Source: Octopus sinensis
Lineage: Eukaryota
DNA length: 64,000 nucleotides
Assembly (NCBI RefSeq): GCF_006345805.1
Contig: NC_043008.1
Location: 58,404,001-58,468,000, forward strand
Direction: 5' to 3'
Made by a program: the position numbers and the translations under genes. Below the pieces are notes generated by a model. It saw only the letters and a program-made list of their open reading frames with translations. It had not been told where the DNA came from and ran no database searches. Shown in pieces: positions 53,562 to 64,000 of the stretch. Numbering within the stretch: the first letter of the stretch is position 1; every line of letters starts with the position of its first letter.

Positions 53562-54564
53562 ATACATCGTGAACGCAGAAAGTTAAGCGGGATGCCTTTA
53601 TAACACAGTTGCAGCCTACTCGTCTCTTGTTCGGCAAGAGTCATTCTTAAAATATCTGAAAACTGAGGAGTTTATCAGGAAATCTCGAGTCATTTATCCA
53701 ATGAACTTATCAACAGCAAATAAATTTATTTTATAGTACATAAACATGAATTTTGGTGCTAACAGATGGACGGAATTGAACGACACGAAAACAATAATCG
53801 ATTCTGAAGCTATTTCCCGGAAAAAAATTATCTGTTGATCGAGAAAACTTGAAAAAGGAAAAAGCTTTCTATCAAAAAAATAAAAAACAAAAAAAAAACA
53901 CACTTTTATTCATGTCATTATATTTCGAAGTATTTCAATGTTTAGAAGTAAAATAAGTGTAAACCTAGAATTTCTTACCCGAATGACTAATATTTCAATC
54001 ACTGGTATAAATTCTTAGAGTGCAAAAATGCAATTTTGCTAAATCGGACTCAGTAGTATAGACAATTGAAAAGAATCGCTTTGATGACGAAACAATATTA
54101 ATTTTATAGCTTTAATATTTGCATGGTTTGCTCAAGGATATAATCAGTGAAATTATATTAATATACATGAGTTTAAATCTGTAGAGACTTCAGTTATGGT
54201 GCTTAATAGCAAAGTTTATATGTCTGGAAATGTAAAACAGACATGTGTATGTGAAGAACAAGAATGGGTGATACAAGAAAGTTCTAGACCCACGGACACA
54301 TTCACACATATTCCATATACACACATTTCTTCACGTGCAAAATGCAAATATATAACTACTTATTAAATGATAAATAAGAAGAACACATACTGATATGAGT
54401 ACAGCGTGTATATTCTGAGTTAAATAAGTTACAAGGAGTCACTTCCAGAGAGAATCCACTAAATTACAATGAGAAAAATACACCAAAATACTGACGCGTG
54501 CTGGCCCCGTGCAAAAATTCGAACCATTAAAACCAAGTTATCAGTCATTTTCAGCGTAGGTCAA

Positions 54565-54571
54565 CGTCGTA

Positions 54572-54627
<56 letters not shown>

Positions 54628-55020
54628 ATATAGTATATATATATATATTATATATATATATATGCGTGTGTGTGTTTGTGTGTCTGTGTTTATCCCCCTA
54701 GCATTGCTTGACAACCGATGCTGGTGTGTTTATGTCCCCGTTACTTAGCGGTTCGGCAAAAGAGACCGATAGAATAGTACTGGGCTTACAAAAGACATAA
54801 GTCCCGGGTCGAGTTGCTCGACTAAAGGCGGTGCTCCAGCATGGCCGCAGTCAAATGACTGAAACAAGTAAAAGAGTAAAAGAGAGTAAAGAGTTTGCTT
54901 CTTATCTTTCGGGGTCAATAAAACAGGTACCAGTCAAATACTAGGATCGATCTAATCGATTTCCCCCTACGAAAGGATGTCCTGGTATCAAAATTTTGAA
55001 TCGTTACTATCATTGTTATT
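54565..55020 (+). mobile_element. SINE-A 3' part plus SINE-B fragment
   Basis: cgtcgtatatatg..tail to ~54893, then ctttcggggtcaataaaa..gatcgatctaatcga. Confidence 0.85.
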
Positions 55021-55769
55021 AAGGTGTCTCTCTATCTATATATATTTTATCATTTCTACTAACACCATTTGAGATATTTATATATACATGTTTTGTGTAT
55101 ATGATTTTTTTTATTTTATACCAAATAATTTTTTTATATATTTAGTTTAGTGTATAATATTTATTATATGTATTTATATTTTTACTTATACTTTTCATAT
55201 TTTATATATTCATTTTTTTCATATTTTTTCATACATTTTTTATTATCGTTCATACACTCTTATTTAAACTTTTTTTTTAATATTTCGTTATCTTTTCCTT
55301 ATTTTTAATATCCCACCTATCTTTTTCTATCTTCTCACTGAAACTTCGTATTCGAGATGTATCGATTCAATCTTTTACACGTGGGTCTAGGTGTGCATAC
55401 ACATATAAGTGTGTCTGTATATACATACATGCGTGCATTTGTGTATGCATATTTTTAGTTTATAAATAATTGATACATATATATACATGCATATATATGT
55501 GTGTGTGCGTGTGTCTTTGTGTGTGTGGTGTGCATGTATATGTGTGTGTATGTGCGCGCGCACACGTCACTGAAATATGTACTTTTGCGGTGGTGCGCAT
55601 ATGCATTTACATACATAATACATATACATGTTTTGAAACATACAGTTGTATACCTACCTACCTACCTACCTACATACATACATACATACATACATACACA
55701 CACACACATATACATACATACATACTACATACATACATACATACATACATACATACATAAATATATATA

Positions 55770-55807
<38 letters not shown>

Positions 55808-56562
55808 CGGTCTTAAATGCTTGCCCTTTGTTTTTAATTTAAGTGATCAATTATACTAAAAGCTGGACTTGGGTAAATCCTATTATGGACAAGAGATGGT
55901 TGGTCTTTACAATATATCAGTAAGTAAGTAAATGTAATTAATTTATGGGCATGTTATTTGGATAAATATTAATTAGTACTGTTAAGATAATGATAAGAAC
56001 TATGATGATTACTTCTAAAAATTATGGCACTATCACTCCCTTTTTTTCTAGACCTATTGCCGTATCCCGTTATGCTAAAGTACTTATTTTACTTTCTTTT
56101 TTTATCTATAAACCCTGTTACCCCTAAAGAAAGATTAACCCACCAATTAATATTTCTAATTTAGTCATTTACTCAACGGCCTGCAGCGTTACACAGCAGA
56201 ATGGTATGATACAAATAGATTAAGCCTTTATTTCTCTTCTCGAGGCTCTTCTTTTCTTTTCTATATATATTTTCATTCTGTCTCTCTGTTTATTTGCTCT
56301 TGTTCCTGTTGAAGAGCATAGGCTCGAAACGTAAACGACCTTTTCATTCTCCAGCGTCAAACTAATACACTTGCTTATTGCTCATGCACCTGTCTTCATC
56401 TTTTGTTTTTCTATAAATTTCAACTATATATATATATGCATCCACGCAGATATATATATATATTATATATATTACAGTATGAATGCTCTGATAGGCAATT
56501 GTATATGAATGAATTTGTATCTACGTAGTTACGCATGCAACATCCGTGGATCTGTTACTTAA

Positions 56563-56945
56563 GGGCTGTTACTTATTAATGTAATATATGGGTGTGATGC
56601 CTGTGTGTATTTCTATATATATGTGTATATTTATGTGTACAAAGTATGGGGTTTAGTTCACAGGTGATCTAAACGATTAGGTACGATAGGTAAATGCTGT
56701 AATAGATTACTAGGGCTCCAAGTTTACAGCCGTGAAGGTAGTTATGGAGCCATTGCAGATTTCCGATGCAGCGGATATGTAATTGTTAAAGAAGACAGCA
56801 AACATTAAGACAATGCAAACATCTCAAGTCGTATACAATATTATAATAATAATATTATTTTTTCCACTAATAATATTGTATACGACTTGAGATGTTTGCC
56901 TTGCCTTAATGTTTGTTGTCTTTTTAAGAATCATACATATATATA

Positions 56946-57000
<55 letters not shown>

Positions 57001-57050
57001 CACATATACATATATATATGTATATATATATATATATATACATATATATG

Positions 57051-57088
<38 letters not shown>

Positions 57089-57205
57089 AATTAAATATTA
57101 GGTTAAAATCTATATAAGATTTTACCAAGTAGCCAGTTAAGGTAAAAATTAATACAATGTATATAATTTTTATAAATACTTTATTACATTAATTAGTAAC
57201 AGCCC
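56563..57205. mobile_element. Non-autonomous DNA transposon, 24-bp TIRs, TTAA flanks (Kolobok-like)
   Basis: TTAA|GGGCTGTTACTTATTAATGTAATA ... TATTACATTAATTAGTAACAGCCC|TTAA; one TIR mismatch. Confidence 0.7.
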
Positions 57206-57228
57206 TTAATGTAATAATTATATATATG

Positions 57229-57295
<67 letters not shown>

Positions 57296-57780
57296 GCATA
57301 TATATATACATATATATATATATAACGGCAGCGTTACTGGATATTAATAGTTATCGCCATACTACGACCGCGAGTTCGCTGCCCTAACCACTAGGCCATT
57401 GCGCCTCCATATATATATATATTTACAACTTACCCACTTTACAAATTCAGTGACAGCGTAACCTTCACGCAACGCCAAAATAAAGAACTTTATTTCATCA
57501 AAAATTTAGATCAAGTTTGAACACCCTGGGCCAGGAATATTAAAACAAAACATTGGTCTTCCGAAAAAGAAAACGAAATTCTACCACAACCACTACGACT
57601 GCCCCAACTCGCACTACTACTACAACCACCGTGGTCACTGTTGCTACGGCCACAGTGAGAGAATTAAAATAATGGAGGTGGGGCGAATTACAATTTCTCA
57701 GATCCTTAACAGTCACTCACGCTGGCAGTGGTATGTCTTAGGGAAGGAAAAATTTATAAAAAGATTTCTTTCTCTGCGAG

Positions 57781-58087
57781 CAGATCTAATTCTGATTCGT
57801 CAAAAAATTGATGACGTTTTACCTCAGTGGTCAAGCTATTATCACCCTGCTTGGTCGGTTTCCTCACAAGATACAGTTATGGGTCAGACCCGATTTTGAT
57901 TCGTCAAAACATTGATGACGCTTTTCTTCCGTGGTCAAACTACTCGTTCTGCTGGGCTAGCCACCTAACAAGATACAGTCATGGGTCAGATCTAATTTCG
58001 ATTCGTCAAAAAATTGATGACGTTTTTCTTCCGTGGTCAAACTTGTCGTTCCGCTTGGTTGGTTTCCTAACAGGATACAGTTAGGGG
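57781..58087. repeat. Three-unit ~103-bp tandem repeat
   Basis: Units start at 57781, 57885 and 57987 (cagatctaat..gattcgtcaaaaaattgatgacg..gtggtcaa..agatacagt); periods 104 and 102. Confidence 0.9.
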
Positions 58088-58142
58088 TATTTTCCCTATA
58101 TTCGTTGAGGCTGGGTTTTGATTGGTTTGGAACTATATGACG

Positions 58143-58279
58143 TCAGTGAACAGTGCCAGAGACCAGGACCCACAGCTTAGCTGATATAAATCCAACAATC
58201 ACAAAATTTACCAAAATTACGCCAGCAGACGCCGACCAAGAATCATTACTGTTGCTCCCATTGGAACACAAGGTGAAAT
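58143..58279 (-). CDS. Candidate terminal coding exon with C-terminal hydrophobic segment
   Basis: Acceptor ttcattatag|, then (x)FTLCSNGSNSNDSWSASAGVILVNFVIVGFISAKLWVLVSGTVH*; non-repetitive and less AT-rich than its surroundings; no transcript evidence. Confidence 0.3.
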
Positions 58280-58541
58280 CTATAATGAACTCCTCGCCTT
58301 TTCAAGAACATGAATTTTTTATATTTGACTCTATTGAATGTATGTCACAATTATGAACTGTTCCATCATACTCTTTAAGCATATAGCATGGAGTCTCTTT
58401 ATTATAAAAAAATTTTTTTGATAAGGTTCGTTATTTCAAGAACCGAAACATGTTAAATTAAAATTTATCTAATATAGCGGCATTTTCAAACTTCATTTTT
58501 ACAAATATATACCCACTCGTATACGAGCTACTCTTATATAA

Positions 58542-58639
<98 letters not shown>

Positions 58640-58671
58640 TACATATATATATATATATATATTTATATATT

Positions 58672-59533
58672 TACGAGGTTGTATCAGAAAGGTCCCGGAC
58701 TAGTTTTGTAGCGCGCCAACAGATGACAACACACAGGTACGTGCGCAGTGAGAGCGAGCAGTGACATTCATGAGGCAATGTGTCGAGTGATATCGCTGTA
58801 GTTACTTCGCAAGTTGTGAAATTTGTGCTTTTGTGATAATGTGAATGATGTAGTCTGCGATTTTTGTCGTGGACAGGAAGTTGGGACAAAGACCCAACAT
58901 GAAATTTTGTGTTACACTTGGGAGGTCTGCTACAGAGACATTGAGAATGCTTCGGCAAGCTTACGGCGGCAAGGCATAGGGTCGTATGCAATGTTTCCCG
59001 TGGAGCGTGCGCACGACAGAATCGCAGCTCCATCAAGAGCATGCTTATTATATTTTTCGACTTCCACATTATTGTGCGTCGAGGATTCGTCCCCTAGGGA
59101 CAGAAAGTTAATCGAGAGTTCTACTGCGAAGTATTGAAGTGTCTGAGGCGAAAATGACCGGATCCGTAGGGCGCGAAAATTCGATTCTTCACGACGACAA
59201 CGCCCCCTGTCACCAAGCTCACTTGACTTGTGAGTTTTTCGCATAAAACAACATTGTATCACCTTCTCACCCGCCCTATTCGTCAGATTCAACAACTGCA
59301 GACTTCCATCTTTTCCCCAAGATGAAATTGCAGCTCAAAGTTCACCATTTTAACACCGTTGTCGAGATCCAGGGCGAAGTGCGAAGGCTCTCGACTGGCT
59401 TACGGGAAACGACTTCCAGGCCGCATTCCAAAAGTGGTAGGAACGGTAGCAGCAGTATAGTGATGTTAAAAGTTAAGTATGTCATATTTTAGGAAAAATC
59501 ACTAGTCCAGAAACTCTTTGATATTACATCATA
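58672..59533 (+). mobile_element. Internally deleted, decayed mariner element
   Basis: Degenerate TIRs tacgaggttgtatcagaaaggtcccggactag / ctagtccagaaactctttgatattacatcata; motifs NMKFCVTLGRSATETLRMLRQAYG, KSMLIIFFD..FVP*GQKVNREFYCEVL, ILHDDNAPCH, HPPYSSD..ADFHLFPKMK. Confidence 0.9.
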
Positions 59534-59585
59534 TGTGTGTGTGTGTGTATGTATTTATATATATGTGTATGTATATATGTGTATG

Positions 59586-59618
<33 letters not shown>

Positions 59619-60753
59619 ATGTGTGTGTGTGTGTGTATTCATCCACATCTGCTGTATGGTTCTCTACACTTTTGAGTTGAGTTTGCTTTGGGTAAGTTTA
59701 AATAGACTCCGTAATATGGAGGGTTAGTATCTCCGGATTTTTTATCTAAATGCCTGTCTTTAATTGAGATCTGTAATATGGGACAACATTTGGATGTTTT
59801 ATGGGATAGTACTCCGTAATGATCCTTTCCAGCTAATTTTGGTTTGGTCGCGTGTAGCTATGATCTACATTGGTAATTAAACTGTATCTTACGTTAGTCT
59901 CAAACCAGATTATCTTTGTGCTGTCTAGATTGATTAAAGGCAAACTAATATACTGACTACCACGGTAGTCTAGCGGCGCTTACATCAAATCAGCCGAACG
60001 AGGAGATCAGATTACTACACCCTATATAGAGAGCTATAAGGGGCACGTACCTCATGGTATTTACGAAGCTCATCTCAGATACCTGCCTCATCTATGGCAT
60101 TTAGCTGAATGTACATCCTTGCTTTTTATAGCAAGAATAGATTTTGTTGAAAGCAGGAAAACTTATGACTTGGCAGATTGCACCTGGTGTAGCATGAGAA
60201 ACACATTACAAGCTAAACCACTAAAAATTCCATTCAATTACTGCATACAATTTAGGCCACGATTTATAAATGTCACTGTTGTGGCAATGTTATTGAGTAA
60301 ATGCTAAACAACTAAAGCAATGTAGCTAGCGAAGCCGTACCGAGATGTGTCAGGGAAGAAAGAAAATTTCCTTCTAATGATCACGATTTCTATAGCCCGT
60401 TGCTATATGATGAAAAGTTGATATTTCAACTCGGAGGTATCAGTTACAAAAATAAATCTAGTATGGCATACAACTCACTACTTTCCCATGAGAATGGTAA
60501 TCGATAAAGATTTCTCTGAATGGTTACTACGTCTAAACTACTTCTATGATAGACAGGTCTGAGAATACTGGTCTCATGTCGTTTTATCCTTGATCAATCC
60601 ATCATTTCATTTCTTATATATGATTAGAGTCGAAAGCTGCATGTAGGGAGAGAGATGAGGTTGTCTAAAGTAATATGTTTAAGGAAAGGCGTGGGCATTT
60701 AGACCAAATTGGCTAATATATCTTTATAATATAATATAATGTAATATAATGTA

Positions 60754-61540
60754 GGCTGTGTGGTAAGTAGCTTGCTAACCAACCACATGGTTCCGGGTTC
60801 AGTCCCACTGCGTGGCATCTTGGGCAAGTGTCTTCTGCTATAGCCCCGGGCCGACCAATGCCTTGTGAGTGGATTTTGTAGACAGAAACTGAAAGAAGCC
60901 TGTCGTATATATGTATATATATATATATATGTGTGTATGTGTATGTGTGTGTGTTTGTGTGTGTGTGTTTGTCCCCCTAGCATTGCTTCACAACCGATGC
61001 TGGTGTATTTACGTCCCCGTAAAAAGAAACCGATAGAATAAGTACTGGGCTTACAAAGAATAAGTCCCGGGGTCGATTTGCTCGACTAAAAGGCGGTGCT
61101 CCAGCATGGCCGCAGTCAAAATGACTGAAACAAGTAAAAGAGTAAAAGAGTAAAGAGTATATATTCATATGTATGTGTGTGTACATATATATATATGTAT
61201 ATGTCTAGGAGTGGCTGTGTGGTAAGTAGCTTGCTTACAAACCACATGGTTAGGTTCAGTCCCACTGCGTGGAACCTTGGGCAAATGTCTTCTATTATAG
61301 CCTCGGGTCGACCATAGCCTTGTGGGAGGATTTGGTAGACGGAAACTGAAAGAAGCCCGTCGTATATATGTACATATGTACGTATGTGCGTGTATCTTTG
61401 TCCCCTCACCAACATCGCTTGATAACCGGTGCTTGTGTCTTTACGTCCCTGCAAGTTAGACCGATAGAATAAGTACTAGGGTTACAAAGAATAAGGCTCT
61501 TGCATAGCCGCAGCCAAACGCCTGAAACAAATATAAAAAT
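60754..61540 (+). mobile_element. Two tandem SINE-A copies (60754-61157; 61207-61540)
   Basis: Both show head, core and tail; the second has deletions. Confidence 0.92.
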
Positions 61541-61554
61541 AAATGAATATGTAC

Positions 61555-61660
<106 letters not shown>

Positions 61661-61829
61661 ATGTATGTGTGTGTGTATATGTATATGTATATATATGTAA
61701 TATATATATGCATTCAATCATTCATACATACATGCATACGTACACACACACATATATATACACACACATACATATATTCATGAACACATGTATACATACA
61801 TTCATACAAGCACACACACAGACATATAT

Positions 61830-61906
<77 letters not shown>

Positions 61907-61914
61907 TAATAAAG

Positions 61915-62095
61915 GTGGTGGTAGTTAGCGCGACGGGCAATGCTTAGAAGCATTCTCTCCGTCTTTACGTTCAGTGTTCAAATTCCAACACTTTGCTTTT
62001 CATCATTTCGGGGTGGATAGAACACCAATAGAGTAGATATATTCCACTTGACTCCTCCCAAGAACTTGCCAGCCTAGTGTCAAAGATTTAAAAAC
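61915..62095 (+). mobile_element. SINE-B, diverged
   Basis: gttagcgcgacgggcaatgcttag..gttcaaattcc..ctttcatcatttcggggt. Confidence 0.7.
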
Positions 62096-62724
62096 AATGT
62101 GTGTGCGTGCGTGTGTACGTCAATATATACAGAAAAATAATAGAGATCTTTGCATATGTACCTATGTATGTATATATAACGGACTCTCCCATCGTTAAAT
62201 GACGTATGACGGTTCGACACTTTCTTACCGAACAACCACACAGATGATCTGTTTATAGTGATTAAATGTTTTTGTGGACATAAGCTCACTCCCTCCATCA
62301 AATCGACATTACCTGTACAGGTGCAACTTGGTGCCACGTGTCAGATGTCGAAATGATCTCAGAACAACGTGAAATGAAGTACTTTGCTCAAGACAAGATC
62401 ACAACGCAACGCCCTAACCACTAAGCCCGCGCGCCTTTACATATATATGCCTATAAATATACATGTATGTACATATCATTTGCGTATAAAAATATCAACA
62501 GACTTGAATTTTTTAAAATTCCTCTACATGTTCTTTGTATTTAAATATCCTTAATTTCTTTAAGTTTATATTTATCATTTTGCTATTACAGACAAGACCA
62601 GGTTGGAGCAGTCGTTTCAACATACACGTACATAGTCCAGGGTGAAGGTATCAAGATATGCATCTGTGAGATTTCTTGTAAATATGTGCCTATTTAGCTT
62701 AAGAGTTATAACTTGCATTTCTAC

Positions 62725-62802
<78 letters not shown>

Positions 62803-62812
<10 letters not shown>

Positions 62813-63300
62813 AGGAAGTGCTGGAAAATACCTGACTGTGGCTAAAAGAAAATACGGGAGAACCAGTTAAATTGACTTTATTTAACATATTCCTTTCTCA
62901 GAATCAATCGCTTATTGCAGCACTCTTTCAGGTTTACCAAGCTCCGGTAAAAGAACTCGAAAGGCAATACTCTAAAGCCAAGACATTTTCATCACCCACT
63001 CGTGAGTTAAGAATGGAGTTGATAAGATCCGGGCTGAATATGTTTGTAGCGAGCGGGACTCCGGAAGCTGTATAATGCAGGCTACCCTTCAGTCCAAGAG
63101 TATCTTGATTGGATGAAGTTTACACTGGCCTAATGAGGTACATATTAACACACGGAAGATTCGATCAGAAGTTAATCTTGACCTGACGAGTTGCCTGCGG
63201 CATACACCTCGCTTGGATATTTACCGCTTCCGTGGTTCCACTCGCTATGAAACATATGTAGCCCGTATTTCATTTACTCCATTCCTTAACTCTCGTATTT
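62803..63300 (-). mobile_element. Decayed mariner 3' region
   Basis: Minus translation ..FSPDL..DENVLALEY..LVNLKECCNKRLILRKEYVK* resembles the mariner YSPDL and C-terminal motifs. Confidence 0.5.
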
Positions 63301-63499
63301 TTATTCGCATACCTGGCAACCCTGGCTGCCAACCGTGAAGTATAAAACAATTTTTTCAGCTTATCGTGCTCCGAAACGAAAAAATCCACAACCTTCCGCA
63401 CCAATAAACCATTTTTTGATCCTGAAAGTTGTTTTTTTTAATATTTTCTACGGATTTCTTGAACCTCACCTCCTTCCTACACCTCGATCCTTAGATCTT

Positions 63500-63548
<49 letters not shown>

Positions 63549-64000
63549 AATATAACTACATGTATATTTGTAAATATATGAATGCACTCATATGCCTTAT
63601 ATGCGAGTTTCTAGGTACTAACCGTTATGCTTTACACTACAAGATTTCGTATATTTCTACATTTAATAAATTGCCTCTGTTAGCACATTTGTGTGAGCGC
63701 TTGTTGGTGTGTGTTTGTGCCTGTGTGCGCGCGTGATTTGCTCTGGCTGCCATTGTAGTTATTTTTATGCATAATTTTAACTTAACGTATGGACACAGGC
63801 GTGTGCGACGCGATATGTGTCACTTTAACAAATTGAATTTGTTGTCGTTTTTCTATTGATTTCAGTCGGTTTCCTAAACTCCATCCACTACTTCGTGACA
63901 TATAATATAGTGGATTAGAATTAATTTCTGTTCGGTGTGTGTAAAATAAGCAAAAATATTTTATTTGCTCAAACCATTCCTTATCTATCTACATATGTAT

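Overview
Eukaryotic, very AT-rich, largely non-coding DNA saturated with (TA)n, (CA)n, (TACA)n, (GA)n and (TATC)n microsatellites. The SINE families are ones I recognise from Octopus genomes, so the organism is an inference. Nearly every ORF in the supplied track is a microsatellite or SINE artefact, and no host gene can be called with confidence. Supported content: (1) four tRNA-derived SINE families with roughly 35 copies or fragments; (2) decayed non-LTR retrotransposons (R4/Dong-like RT, two RTE 3' ends, two CR1/L2-group 3' ends, one being the likely tail donor of the commonest SINE); (3) a Penelope-like GIY-YIG endonuclease remnant; (4) several Tc1/mariner remnants; (5) Helitron-type elements, one with TC...hairpin-CTAG ends and a decayed RepHel-like 23-aa repeat; (6) a TTAA-flanked TIR element. 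The most interesting signal is a dense set of minimal type I hammerhead ribozyme-like motifs in Penelope-type terminal repeats. These include a canonical one with a very long helix II (42979-43086), a variant with the core 3:8 pair swapped to G3:C8 (47880-47923), a four-copy family with U at core position 6, and one with an extra hairpin between helix II and GAAA. A probable ~5.2-kb inversion with a ~97-bp inverted breakpoint duplication (19488-24764) is also visible. All structures and translations were derived by eye and need computational and experimental confirmation.
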